NCBI GenBank assembly: GCA_016194745.1
Contig: JACQBA010000012.1
Coordinates: 85,224 to 149,223 of the forward strand
Source of the DNA: Elusimicrobiota bacterium
GTDB lineage: Bacteria > Elusimicrobiota > Elusimicrobia > UBA1565 > JACRDR01
Length of the DNA: 64,000 nucleotides
Reading direction: 5' to 3'
The notes beneath the pieces were generated by a model. The model made no database searches, was not told where the DNA came from, and saw nothing but the letters and a program-made list of their open reading frames with translations. The translations under genes were made by a program, and so were the position numbers. Below are positions 28,011-37,259 of this stretch, piece after piece (the first letter of the stretch is position 1; each line of letters opens with the position of its first letter).

Positions 28011-29336
28011 CTAGTCGAAGGATAGGGCGCCCACGCGCGGCGCGCGCGGGAGGCGCGGCGTCACCGAAGACATCCGCGGGTCGTCGTCGTCCTCGTCGTC
28101 CGGAAACCGCGGGAGGGGGCGTCGTCGGAAGCGCTCGTCCTCCTCGTCCTCGTCGAAGCGCCGCCGGGGCTGCCGCCGGTCGTCCTCGCGGCGTCGCGGC
28201 GTCCGCCAATTGTCTTCCCGCCGGCGCGGCGGCCTGAGCTCTTCCTCGTCCTCCTCCTGGCCGCGCCGGGGCGGGGCGAAGTCCCGTCCGCCGCGCGAGC
28301 GCATCGCGGTCCTGAACTCGGGCAGAGACTGGTGGAGCGGATTTCCGGGGCAGCTCGTGCTCTTGTAGTCCTTATGTCCCTTGAGCTGCGCGGCCGCGAC
28401 GTTGTACTTGGCCCCCAGGTGGCGCAGCAGCGTCGTGAGCGACGCGAGCGCCCGCGCGCTCGGCCGGCTCGTGCCGTACTTGCCCATGAAGGAGATGCCG
28501 ACGTTGCCCTGGTTTTGCCCGCCCGTGTGCGTGCCGACCAGGCCTTCCGGGTGGCCTTCCAAGATGTCTCCCGTCGGGGCGATCAAGTAGTGGTAGCCGA
28601 TGTCCGGCCACTTGCGGCCGTTCATGTGGTAGTCTTGGATCACCTTCGCCTCGCGCAGCGCGGCGCTCAGGGAGTACGGGGCCGCGCCCTCGGTGTGGTG
28701 GATCGTGATGCGGTAGGGCGAGTGCGAACTGCTGCCGCCCGACGCGCGGGCGTTCCAGCGCGAGCGCGGGATGATGGTCGGCCGGCCCGCGGCCTGGGGT
28801 TCCCGAGCCCCGGGGCGTTCGCGCGGCTCGGGCCGCTGCCGCGGCTCCGGGCGCTGCCGCGGCGCCGGCTGGCGGGAGCGGATCGGCTGGAACTCCGCCT
28901 CCTCGGCCCCTTGGGACGCGAACGTCTCGACCGCGTAGATCTCGATCGCGCCTCCCGTCGCGGTGGCGGGGTTCAGCCCGCGGATCCTGAGCGCCTTGCC
29001 GCCGGGCGGCAGCGCCGCGCTCGCCCAGAAGCGGCCTTCCTCGTAGCGATGGAGCTCCGCGCTCACCCAGGCGGACCAGTCGCCCTCGACGGACTTGCGG
29101 GAGACCTCGAAGGTCATCGTCGGGCTCGGGACCTGGCCGTGGAAAAGCACCGTGTCCCATTCGGCATGCTCGACGATGCCCTCGCCGCTGTCGAAGACGA
29201 TCTGGTCGGGGCCGCCGGAAACGTCGGTGAATTTGAGCGACGACGACTGCTGGAAGGTCGCGGGCGAGCCCGCGTCCTGCGTCCACGCGGGTACGGCGAA
29301 CGTCGCGAACACGAGAGCAACGGCGAGCCTGTCCAT
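28011..29336 (-). CDS. Secreted N-acetylmuramoyl-L-alanine amidase (PGRP/Amidase_2 family) with an N-terminal unknown domain and a highly charged C-terminal tail
   Basis: ITIHHTEG, GYHYLIAPTG, VGTHTGGQNQGNVGISFMG and GHKDYKSTSCPG are Amidase_2/PGRP Zn-site motifs. The C-terminal ~100 aa are RRRED/acidic low complexity. Confidence 0.75.
   Translation of the reverse strand: MDRLAVALVFATFAVPAWTQDAGSPATFQQSSSLKFTDVSGGPDQIVFDSGEGIVEHAEWDTVLFHGQVPSPTMTFEVSRKSVEGDWSAWVSAELHRYEEGRFWASAALPPGGKALRIRGLNPATATGGAIEIYAVETFASQGAEEAEFQPIRSRQPAPRQRPEPRQRPEPRERPGAREPQAAGRPTIIPRSRWNARASGGSSSHSPYRITIHHTEGAAPYSLSAALREAKVIQDYHMNGRKWPDIGYHYLIAPTGDILEGHPEGLVGTHTGGQNQGNVGISFMGKYGTSRPSARALASLTTLLRHLGAKYNVAAAQLKGHKDYKSTSCPGNPLHQSLPEFRTAMRSRGGRDFAPPRRGQEEDEEELRPPRRREDNWRTPRRREDDRRQPRRRFDEDEEDERFRRRPLPRFPDDEDDDDPRMSSVTPRLPRAPRVGALSFD
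28824..28877 (-). repeat. Three imperfect 18-bp tandem repeats inside the amidase gene encoding PEPRQR repeats
   Basis: ggctcgggccgctgccgc / ggctccgggcgctgccgc / ggcgccggctggcgggag. The translated minus strand gives QRPEPRQRPEPRERP. Confidence 0.5.
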
Positions 29337-29441
29337 GCGCGCCTCCGCCCCCCTGCGAGACCCACTATGGGCCCGGACGCGGAATTCGGCAACAGGCGAA
29401 CGGCCCAGCCGCGATGGGACCGAAAGTCCTAAGAAGCGTTG

Positions 29442-30206
29442 CTACCGCGCGCGCCGGCGCGGCGGGGGGAGCGCGGCGTCCCGCGCGGCGAGCTGGAGGG
29501 CGCGGGCGTCGGGTTCCTCGAGGCCGAGGGACGCGGCGCCGAGCGGACTCTTCTTGAACAGCGTCGCATAGATCGTGCAGGCCGCGAGATAGGTGCCGGC
29601 GGCGGAGGGGTGGACGCCGTCGCCCAAGTAGAGCTCGATGTGCGGATGCGTCTTGCGGACCTTCCTCCAGGCGGCCCCGACGGGGGCGAGGAGCGCGGAG
29701 GACTCCCGCGCGAGGTCGGCGTAGGTGCTCGAGATGCGCGTCTGCATGCCGTCGAAGGTGCAGGTCTCCTTCACGTGCGGGCAGTTGGCGCGGTCGCCCG
29801 ACTTGTGCGCCCAGGTCTCGAAGAAGACCGTGCGCGTGCCCGGGCGGCCGAAGCGCGCCGTCTCGTCGAGGCGCAAGGCGTAGGGCGCGACTTGGTTCTC
29901 AGTCCGAGGCGAGACGAGCGCGGGGCGCTGACTCTGCTCCTGGAGCACGACGAAGTCCCACGCTTTCGCTTGGATATGCGCGCGCGTCCGCTCGCTGTTG
30001 GCGTGCTGCTCGAACGCCCAGCCTCCGGGCGCCTCCATCTCGGCGGCGAGCGCGTCGCCCAGGGACTCCGCCACGGCCGCCGCGACCTTCGGGAGGTCGT
30101 TGACCGAGGTGAAGCTGTTGCCGACGAAGAGCGCGCTCGCCTCGGCCGCGTGGGCCGGGGAGCGCGCGAGGAACGCCGCGAGCAGCGCGGGGAGCAGCGT
30201 CGTCAT
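29442..30206 (-). CDS. SGNH/GDSL-family hydrolase (secreted)
   Basis: Start at ATG 30206 (MTTLLPALLAAFLA signal). FVGNSFT (block I Ser) and LYLGDGVHPS (block V Asp-x-x-His). The longer track ORF 29442..30740 has a spurious N-terminal extension. Confidence 0.7.
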   Translation of the reverse strand: MTTLLPALLAAFLARSPAHAAEASALFVGNSFTSVNDLPKVAAAVAESLGDALAAEMEAPGGWAFEQHANSERTRAHIQAKAWDFVVLQEQSQRPALVSPRTENQVAPYALRLDETARFGRPGTRTVFFETWAHKSGDRANCPHVKETCTFDGMQTRISSTYADLARESSALLAPVGAAWRKVRKTHPHIELYLGDGVHPSAAGTYLAACTIYATLFKKSPLGAASLGLEEPDARALQLAARDAALPPPRRRAR

Positions 30207-30278
30207 GACCTTCCTTGACTGTATCAGCCGCGGCCGCAAAAGAAAAGGCCCGCGCGGCGATGAGGTATAATCCGTCTC

Positions 30279-30662
30279 ATGAAAAAGCTCGAGCCGTTCG
30301 CGCCGTACGCCTACGCCGTGATGCGGATCACGCACGGGCTCTTCTTCTCCTTCCACGGAGTGCAGAAGATCTTCGGCCTCTTCACCGAATGGAAGCCGGT
30401 CGTCGGCTCGCAGCTGTGGATCGGCGGCATGATCGAGCTCGCGGGCGGCCTCGCCATCGCCCTCGGCGTCAAGACGCGCTGGGCGGCCTTCCTCTGCAGC
30501 GGCATGATGGCGGTCGCCTACGTGCAGTTCCATTGGAAGCTGCAGATGGGGCGGAAGTTCCTCCCGGGACTCAACGAGGGCGAACACGCGCTCATGTACG
30601 CCTTCGTCTTCCTCTATATAGCCTGCCGCGGCGGCGGCAAATGGAGTCTGGGCAAGGACTGA
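30279..30662 (+). CDS. DoxX-family membrane protein
   Basis: 127 aa with four hydrophobic helices. The FHGVQKIFG/FHWKLQ-type pattern is typical of DoxX. Confidence 0.65.
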   Translation: MKKLEPFAPYAYAVMRITHGLFFSFHGVQKIFGLFTEWKPVVGSQLWIGGMIELAGGLAIALGVKTRWAAFLCSGMMAVAYVQFHWKLQMGRKFLPGLNEGEHALMYAFVFLYIACRGGGKWSLGKD

Positions 30663-30733
30663 CGTTTCGGCCCAGGCCGCGCTGGGTCCGACGGCCCAGG
30701 CGGAGCCGTATCGGTGAGGGTACCCTATCGGCG

Positions 30734-31444
30734 ATGGCATCCCTCCATCGCGCGCTCCTGGCGTTGCTCCTCCTCCCGGCTCCCGTCGCGGCCGAAGACC
30801 ACCCGCTCGACAGCAACTGCTACCGCTACGCAGTCGACCCGCCGGCCGAGCCGCACTTCGACCCGAAATGCCGGGTGATCGGCGAGACGATGTACATCGA
30901 CGGAGAGATCGGCGACTTCATGTGGTGGGAGCTGCGGACGTTCTATCCGCAGGTGCGCCGGCTCGAGTTGAACAGCGGCGGCGGGATTCCGGGGGAGCTC
31001 GCCGAGATGGTCGCCTACGTGCGGGCGCGCGGGATGACGACGAACGTCAGGAAGGGCGCGCGCTGCATGAGCGCCTGCACCTTGCTCTACATGGCGGGGA
31101 CGCGCCGCACCGCGCACCGGAGCGCCAAGTTCATGTTCCACGGCTTCAACAACCAGCGCACCGACTTCGACGCGGTGTACCGCGAGATCTGCGCGCGCGA
31201 CGGCGAGGCGGCGTGCCGCGCGAATCTGGAAGCGCGCGTCAAAGACTCGGTCGCCCGAACGACGGCCCTGTTCGAGCGATACGTCCAACTCGGCGCGAGC
31301 CCGGAGCTGTGGCTCCGCTATCAAGCGTACGACGAGGACCCCGACTGGTTCAAGCACGCGAATTTCTTCAAGAAGAAGGATTGGGTGATGTACGCCCCCG
31401 AGGCCGCGGCCTTGGGCGTCGTGCAGGAGATTGTCGAGGACTGA
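30734..31444 (+). CDS. Hypothetical secreted protein (possible ClpP/S49-like fold)
   Basis: Start at ATG 30734 (MASLHRALLALLLLPAPVAA signal). NSGGGIPGELAEMVAYV resembles the Gly-rich oxyanion segment of ClpP/S49-type proteins. The similarity is weak. Confidence 0.5.
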   Translation: MASLHRALLALLLLPAPVAAEDHPLDSNCYRYAVDPPAEPHFDPKCRVIGETMYIDGEIGDFMWWELRTFYPQVRRLELNSGGGIPGELAEMVAYVRARGMTTNVRKGARCMSACTLLYMAGTRRTAHRSAKFMFHGFNNQRTDFDAVYREICARDGEAACRANLEARVKDSVARTTALFERYVQLGASPELWLRYQAYDEDPDWFKHANFFKKKDWVMYAPEAAALGVVQEIVED

Positions 31445-31453
31445 CTGCCGGCC

Positions 31454-32176
31454 TCACGCTCCGCGCAGGAGCATGACGAGGCCGAGGATCAGCACTAGGG
31501 CGGATACCGCTCTCTTGAACTCCCGCTCCGGGATGCTCCGGAGGAGGCGCATCCCGGCGAGCGTTCCTACGATCACGCCGGCCGACGCGGCAAGAAGGAG
31601 CGGCCACGCGCGGAGGACGGCGCCGCCTTCCGCCGCGAGGTAGACGGGCAGCCGCGCGCCGTCGACGAGGAGCCCGACCGCGGTCGCGGTCGCGACGAAG
31701 GCCTCCTTCGGGACGTCGAAGCCGAGCATCGCGGCGGAGCGGATGCCGCCCTGGTTGCCGACGAGTCCGCCCAGGGCGCCGGACAATGCGCCCGCGAGCC
31801 ACGCCGCGGTCCCCTCCAGGCGCACGCGCTCCGACAGTCCGAAGAGTCCCGTGACCCCCGAGAGGCACAGGACGCCGCCGAAGAGATAGGTCAACGCCGG
31901 CGCGCCGAAGCGGGCGTGGAGGATCGCGCCGAGGAGACCTCCGGCCGCGCTCGCGAGACCGAAGCGCACGAACACGCGGCGGTCCAGGTGCTCGCGGATC
32001 AAAACGAAGCGCAGCGCGGTGCCTAAGAAATGCGGGACGGCCGCGCAGGCCACCGCGACCTTCACGTCGAGCTTGAGGCTGAGGAGCGGCGTCAGGATGC
32101 TGCCGATGCCGAATCCGGCGACCGACGCGACCGCCCCCGACAGGACGCCCGCCGCGAGGAGGGCCGACTCGAACAC
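31454..32176 (-). CDS. TSUP-family sulfite/anion exporter (TauE/SafE)
   Basis: 240 aa, 7-8 TM helices, internal duplication with GxGGG/GIGSI-type motifs (AGFGIGSILTPLL ... GNQGGIRSAAML). Confidence 0.8.
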   Translation of the reverse strand: MFESALLAAGVLSGAVASVAGFGIGSILTPLLSLKLDVKVAVACAAVPHFLGTALRFVLIREHLDRRVFVRFGLASAAGGLLGAILHARFGAPALTYLFGGVLCLSGVTGLFGLSERVRLEGTAAWLAGALSGALGGLVGNQGGIRSAAMLGFDVPKEAFVATATAVGLLVDGARLPVYLAAEGGAVLRAWPLLLAASAGVIVGTLAGMRLLRSIPEREFKRAVSALVLILGLVMLLRGA

Positions 32177-33301
32177 TTAGGGTCTGGAGACGATGACGAT
32201 GTTGCCGGCGGACGGGTACTGGATGTTCTGGTTGGCCTGGTTCTGCGCGAGGCGGCTGTTGCCCGCGAGCTCGGCCAAGGTGCCGCTCACCCGGACGATC
32301 AATTTCAAGTTGATGAACTTGTTGCGCCCCTGCTGCGCCGTCGCGCGCGAGGCGGTCCAGGCGGCGGAGAGCTTGGCGTTGCCGGCCTGCCAGACGTCGT
32401 GATCGGAGAAGTTCGCGACCGTGAAGTTGCGGGTCACGCCCCACTGCGGGTAGTGGACGCGCACCGCGTAGACGTCCAGGCTCGTGATCGGCGAGCGCGG
32501 GAAGAGGACGAGCGGGCCCTCGGCGGTGAAGGGCTTGTTCTGCATGGCCCGCACCGAATCGAGCACGCGCACGCCCGCCTTCGCGTCGAAGTAGAAGTGC
32601 GGCGGCGCGCCGGGGCGTCGGCGCAGGCCCACCGTGACCTCCACGATGTCGCCGCGCCAGAGCTTGTCCAGGGCCGCGGCCGCATGGGCGTCGTCCGCTT
32701 CGTCGAGAGTGAGCGGCAGGATCCCGTCCTGGTACTCGAGCACGACTTGGCGTCCCTCGCGGAGCACGCCGTGGACCAGGCCGAAGATCTTCTTCGGCTG
32801 CGCGAACTCGGCGGGATCGATGGGCCTGCGGATCTCGAGGGTCTGGTTCGAGAAATCGGTCGGGTCGCGGCGCTCCAGCGTCACAGAAGTCACGCGGACG
32901 TGCGGCGGGTCTCCCGCGAGCGCGCCCTTCACGCGGACCAAGTCGTGCCGCTCGAGCTTGAGCTTCTGAATCTCCTCGAACTGCTGCCGGTCGAGGCGGA
33001 GCGGGAACAGCCGGTAATCGAAGAAATCGTTCGGATTGTGCACCGCGAGCACGAACTGCCGCGCGTCCGCCACCGCGCCGTGGATGAGGCCGACGACGCC
33101 TTCGTTGGTCAATTCGCGCACGATCACCGCGTCGCCCCAGGGCTCGGCTTGGGCCCGCGGGAGGGCGGGGGCGTGGACGGGGATCGCGGAGAGACCGCGG
33201 AGCTCGTCGAGGACGACGCTCGCGGGCAGCGGCGCGGCGAAAGCGGGGGAGACGGAGACCAGGACCGAGACGGCAAGGCGGAGCGTGTTCATGAAGCACA
33301 T
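32177..33301 (-). CDS. Hypothetical secreted protein
   Basis: Signal peptide. 374 aa. Its stop abuts the TauE start by 1 bp, so likely co-transcribed. Confidence 0.5.
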   Translation of the reverse strand: MCFMNTLRLAVSVLVSVSPAFAAPLPASVVLDELRGLSAIPVHAPALPRAQAEPWGDAVIVRELTNEGVVGLIHGAVADARQFVLAVHNPNDFFDYRLFPLRLDRQQFEEIQKLKLERHDLVRVKGALAGDPPHVRVTSVTLERRDPTDFSNQTLEIRRPIDPAEFAQPKKIFGLVHGVLREGRQVVLEYQDGILPLTLDEADDAHAAAALDKLWRGDIVEVTVGLRRRPGAPPHFYFDAKAGVRVLDSVRAMQNKPFTAEGPLVLFPRSPITSLDVYAVRVHYPQWGVTRNFTVANFSDHDVWQAGNAKLSAAWTASRATAQQGRNKFINLKLIVRVSGTLAELAGNSRLAQNQANQNIQYPSAGNIVIVSRP

Positions 33302-33384
33302 TGTACGACGAGCGGGCTCAACGAAAGATGAGACGAAGGGGAATCAATCTCGGGCAAACCGACCCGGGTTGTTGAGGGCGTCGC

Positions 33385-34269
33385 TCACAGCAGCGACTTG
33401 AAGGCGGCGAAGGCGGGCTTCTTCTTAAAGGCGCCTTTGGGGCCGTGCGTCAGGCCCCAGCCGTCGTCCTTGCCGGGGGGGACGGGGTCGCGGTCGTCGT
33501 TGAGCTCGTAGTGGATGATGACGCGGATCTCGGGATCGGCGCCGAGGACGCCCTGTTTCGGGTCGTAGTAGTCGCGAACGTACTTCTCCTGCGCCTCCTC
33601 GCCGCCCGGCTGGTCGGCCGTCGTCCAGCCGGTCTCGGTGATCCAGATCGGCTTCTTGCCGCCGACGGCCTTCTTCACGCCGGCCAAATCGAGGTTCTTG
33701 TGGAAGATGTAGTAATGCGCGGAGACGCCGTCGACGTGATCGAGGAGCCCCGCGTCGACCAAGGCGGACAGGTACTTCACGCCGTCCGCGTTGGCGCCGA
33801 TCGCGGGGCCGATGAGGAGCGCCTTCGGGTTTGCCTTCCGGATGATCGCCTTCGCTTCCTTGAGCATGCGGACGTACTCGCCGGCGGGGAGCGGGCCGCC
33901 CCACCAGGTCATTTCGGGCTCGTTGGTGATCTCCCAGGCCGGGACGGCCGGGGTGGCCTGCACCGCCTTCTCGACGAAGGCGCGCCAGCCCGCGGTGTTC
34001 GTCGAGTACCAGGGAAGGAGGGCCAGCACTTGGATCCCCTTAGCCGCCATGTCCTTGGCGAAGGGCGCGTCCTTCTTCGGGTCCTGGAAGTCGCCGCGGA
34101 TCCAGAACGGGCCTTTCTTGCGGAGGTCGTCCAAGACCACCGCGGCCCCGGGCGTGTACTCGTCGCCGAAGGCGCCGTGGTGGAAGCAAACACCGAACTT
34201 GGGGACGGCCTTGCGGTCCCCGGCGGTCGCGGGGGCCGCCAGCAGGAGCAACAGCGCGGGCAGGATCAT
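33385..34269 (-). CDS. Secreted TIM-barrel glycoside hydrolase (GH5/GH39-like clan GH-A)
   Basis: Signal peptide. ITNEPE (acid/base NEP) and PIWITETGW (nucleophile TE) motifs of clan GH-A enzymes. Confidence 0.65.
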   Translation of the reverse strand: MILPALLLLLAAPATAGDRKAVPKFGVCFHHGAFGDEYTPGAAVVLDDLRKKGPFWIRGDFQDPKKDAPFAKDMAAKGIQVLALLPWYSTNTAGWRAFVEKAVQATPAVPAWEITNEPEMTWWGGPLPAGEYVRMLKEAKAIIRKANPKALLIGPAIGANADGVKYLSALVDAGLLDHVDGVSAHYYIFHKNLDLAGVKKAVGGKKPIWITETGWTTADQPGGEEAQEKYVRDYYDPKQGVLGADPEIRVIIHYELNDDRDPVPPGKDDGWGLTHGPKGAFKKKPAFAAFKSLL

Positions 34270-34350
34270 CGGTTCATTCTACCTTAAGCGGCGGAGTCCT
34301 CTCCCCGGACGGTGCGCGCAGGGTATCTGTCTTTGCTTGGGGTGAAGGCC

Positions 34351-35301
34351 TTACGAACCGGGGAGGCCGTTCGGGTCGGGGTACGTCATCGTCATGCAGT
34401 GAAGGCCGCCGCCGCCGTAATCGGAGAGGTAGGCGGCCTCGACGGGAACGACCGTCAGGCCAAGCGCCCGGTAGGCGTCCTGCGCCGGCGCGTCGGTCGG
34501 CAGGCCGAAGGTCGGCACGAACGCGGTCCCGTTGACGAGGACCGAGTTCACGTAGCTTCGCTGCGGAAAGACTCCGCGGCGGGCGAGGGCCTCGGGGAGC
34601 TCCGCCTTCGGCAGGAGCGCGACCCGCCAACCCTTCTCCTTGAGCCGCGCCTCGAATTGCGGCTGATCGGTGAGCACGAGGTCGTCGGCCACGAACTTCG
34701 CCACCTCGTCGACGTGGCCGATCCCGGCGATGAAGGGCAGGCGAAGCAGAGTCTTGCAGCCGTAGGCCGACGAGAACGCGGCGTCGGGCATGATGCCGGC
34801 GAAATTGTCCTGGACCGTGACGCAGTCGCCGGCGCGGTTGGCGGTCAGGTTCCCGTGCTCGAAGAAGTGGCCGTGCTTGCGCGTGGGGACCTTGAGATAC
34901 GCGGCGAGCAGCTCGTTCGGCGCGAACTGCTGGGCGTAGGACGCCGCGGCAAGGACGAGGCCGCCGGCGTCGATCACCGGGTACGGGAGGCTGTCGCGCG
35001 ACCACAGCGCCTGGCCGGCGAGCGGGAGCGACAAGTGCTCCACCGCGGCGTCCCGGCCCGACATCGAATGGCGGAATGTTTCCCGCTCGTAGTCGTGGGT
35101 CGAGTAGACGAGCGCCCGCACGCCGGGCGGGAGGTGCGTCAGGATCGTCGTCTTGGCCGTCTCGCTCTGGTAGTCGAAGCCTGCGCTCATGACGAGGATG
35201 CCGACGGGCTCGTATTCGGCGAAGGGACGCGCGGCGGCGCGCGCGGACGGGGCAAACAGCAGGCACGCCGCAGCGGCGGCGAGCAGCATCCTCATGCGCA
35301 T
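34351..35301 (-). CDS. Agmatine deiminase / porphyromonas-type peptidyl-arginine deiminase family protein (secreted)
   Basis: Start at ATG 35301 (MRMRMLLAAAAACLLFAPSARA). The C-terminal GGGGLHCMTMTYP matches the catalytic Cys segment GGGxIHCxTQ of agmatine deiminases. Confidence 0.65.
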   Translation of the reverse strand: MRMRMLLAAAAACLLFAPSARAAARPFAEYEPVGILVMSAGFDYQSETAKTTILTHLPPGVRALVYSTHDYERETFRHSMSGRDAAVEHLSLPLAGQALWSRDSLPYPVIDAGGLVLAAASYAQQFAPNELLAAYLKVPTRKHGHFFEHGNLTANRAGDCVTVQDNFAGIMPDAAFSSAYGCKTLLRLPFIAGIGHVDEVAKFVADDLVLTDQPQFEARLKEKGWRVALLPKAELPEALARRGVFPQRSYVNSVLVNGTAFVPTFGLPTDAPAQDAYRALGLTVVPVEAAYLSDYGGGGLHCMTMTYPDPNGLPGS

Positions 35302-35436
35302 AGGATGGCGCGGCGGGGGCCCTGCCTCCAGTGCCGAGGGGCCCCCCATCGAGTGGGCCGAGGTGCCTTCCTTATCCGGAGGGCTTGACGGGCCTCCGTG
35401 CGGAACCCACACTCAAGGCGATGGTGCCAAGGCGAT

Positions 35437-35518
35437 GGTGCCAGGTTTTCACAAGTTCTCCAATCTCGCCTAAATCTTGAGTTAGGAGAGTTAGGAGAAC
35501 TTGTGAAAACCTGGCACC
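35437..35518. repeat. 82-bp palindromic MITE/REP-like element, copy 1
   Basis: 25-bp perfect terminal inverted repeats ggtgccaggttttcacaagttctcc / ggagaacttgtgaaaacctggcacc flank a 32-bp centre that is itself a near-palindrome. A 14-bp tandem duplication aaggcgatggtgcc x2 just outside the left end re-creates the ggtgcca terminus. Confidence 0.8.
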
Positions 35519-35522
35519 AAAA

Positions 35523-35555
35523 GGGGGGGTTGACGGGGTTTTTTTTGGGGGGGGG
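35523..35555. repeat. Homopolymeric tracts G7-TTGACG-G4-T8-G9 immediately right of MITE copy 1 and upstream of the TPR gene
   Basis: Read directly: aagggggggttgacggggttttttttgggggggggag. Such runs are highly unusual in this otherwise balanced high-GC sequence. Confidence 0.7.
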
Positions 35556-35569
35556 AGCACACTCTAGGC

Positions 35570-36136
35570 ATGGCGGGAGCGAAGCGTCGTCGCGCGGGAC
35601 TCGTGATCGCGGTCGGCCTCTGCGCGGCCGCGGCGTGGGTCTGGGCGTATCTGAAGTCGCGGCAGCTCAAGCGCCTGACGGAGAGCGTGCACGCGCCGGG
35701 GGAGCCCGTGTCGGTCGGCGCCATGCCGCCGCTCACGATGACCTCGCCGCGCCAGGCGGGGGACATCGAGTTCTACGCCGGGCCTGGCGGGAAGATATTC
35801 ATGCAGGGCGTCGAGCACGCGAACAAGCAGGAGGACCGCGCCGCGCTCGTCGCCTTCGCGGGCGCCTTGCGCTTCGACCCCAAGCGCGCCATCGTCTACG
35901 CGAGCCGCGCCGCCGTAAACGAGCGGGTCGGCCGCGCGGAGGACGCGCTGCGGGACTACAACAGGGCGATCCAGCTCATGCCCGACGATCCCGCCTACCG
36001 CTTCGCGCGGGGCACCTTGCTCCTGCGCCTCGGCAGGAGGCAGGACGCCCAGGCGGACTGCCTGCATCTGAGCGAGTACGACGCCAAAGCCGCCGAGTCT
36101 CTGTGCCGCGCCGTCAATGCGGACGAGCCGCGCTGA
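35570..36136 (+). CDS. TPR-repeat protein with an N-terminal membrane anchor
   Basis: N-terminal hydrophobic helix, then TPR-like repeats (ALVAFAGALRFDPKRAIVYASRAAVNERVGRAEDALRDYNRAIQLMPDDPAYRFARGTLLLRLGRRQDAQADC). Confidence 0.6.
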   Translation: MAGAKRRRAGLVIAVGLCAAAAWVWAYLKSRQLKRLTESVHAPGEPVSVGAMPPLTMTSPRQAGDIEFYAGPGGKIFMQGVEHANKQEDRAALVAFAGALRFDPKRAIVYASRAAVNERVGRAEDALRDYNRAIQLMPDDPAYRFARGTLLLRLGRRQDAQADCLHLSEYDAKAAESLCRAVNADEPR

Positions 36137-36175
36137 CTCACCTTTAATTACAACGCTCTGGGGTTCGCTTTGTAA

Positions 36176-36714
36176 TTAGAAAGCAATCTCGGCGCGGAGG
36201 GCGGACTCGAAGCTGGCATAGGCCCGCGAATCGAACAGGACGAAGCGGACGAGCTCGAGCGTGGAGCCCCCGCGCAGGAACTCGACGACCGCCCGCACCG
36301 CCACGCGGGCGGCCGCGTCCATCGGATAGCCGTAGATCCCCGTCGAGATCGCGCACACGGAGACGGAGCGCAGCGCGTGGGACGTGCAGAGCTTGAGGCT
36401 CTCCCGGTACGCGTCCGCCAAGAGCTCCGCGTCCTTGGGGCTCCCGCTGTAGCGCGGGCCGACCGCGTGGATGACGAACTCGGCCTTGAGGCGCCCGCCG
36501 CCCGTGATCACGGCCGAGCCCGTCGGGCAGCCGTCGTACTTCTCCGCAAGCTCGCGCATGATTTCGGGCCCGCCGGCCGCGTGGATGGCGCCGTCGACGC
36601 CCCCGCCCCCGGCGAGGCGGCTGTTGGCGGCGTTGACGATGGCGTCCGTCGCCTCGAGCGTGATGTCGCCTTCAACGAGCTCGATGCGGCAGCGGCCGAT
36701 CTGGGCCGGGGCCA
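36176..36714 (-). CDS. Macro-domain protein (O-acetyl-ADP-ribose deacetylase / YmdB-like)
   Basis: IVNAANSRLAGGGGVDGAIHAAGG and VIHAVGP are canonical Macro motifs. Probable GTG start at 36714. The longer track ORF carries a low-complexity Arg/Ser extension that is unlikely to be real. Confidence 0.75.
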
Positions 36715-36716
36715 CG

Positions 36717-37259
36717 CTACTCCTCGAGCAGGACGATCGAGTTGTCTTCGATGCGGTAGAGCAGCGGGGCGACCTCGATCTTGGGATACAGGGCGCGCAG
36801 GCGGCTCGCCTCGGCGCGGATGAACGTCGTCTCTTGGCCGATCTCGTGCTCCGGGGCGTGCCGGTCGAAATGGACCTCGGCGGCGGAGCGGGACCAGCCG
36901 GCCTCAACCAAGCCGTCGATGAAGAGATGGCGCCGCGTCCCGAGCCCCGACATGCCGCAGTTCGTGTGGCCGAGGAGCACGATCGCGCGCACGCCCCCGA
37001 CCGCGATGGCGTAGGAGACGCGGAACTCGGCCAAGCGCAGGTTCGCGCCGCCCGTCCTCAGGATGAAGGCGAAATTGTCGGGGATGCGCAAATGCTTCCT
37101 GCTGTCCATGCACATGCCGATGAGGAGCTCCGGCTTGTCCGAGCGGCCCGGCAGGGGCTCGCCCAAGTTATGGAAGCGGAGGAAGGCGCCGATGGGCGTG
37201 TCGCGCCATTTGGCGGGGATGTTCTCGGCCGACTTGATCTCGATCACTCGTTCGGGCAT
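36717..37259 (-). CDS. Beta-class carbonic anhydrase
   Basis: CMDSR and HTNCG Zn-ligand motifs. 180 aa from ATG 37259. Separated by 2 bp from the Macro gene. Confidence 0.8.
   Translation of the reverse strand: MPERVIEIKSAENIPAKWRDTPIGAFLRFHNLGEPLPGRSDKPELLIGMCMDSRKHLRIPDNFAFILRTGGANLRLAEFRVSYAIAVGGVRAIVLLGHTNCGMSGLGTRRHLFIDGLVEAGWSRSAAEVHFDRHAPEHEIGQETTFIRAEASRLRALYPKIEVAPLLYRIEDNSIVLLEE

Noticed and set aside
30215-31444. Track ORF 30215..31444 (409 aa) as a single gene
   Set aside because: The first 173 codons are low-complexity antisense of the SGNH hydrolase gene. A signal-peptide-bearing start at ATG 30734 gives a coherent 236-aa secreted protein.
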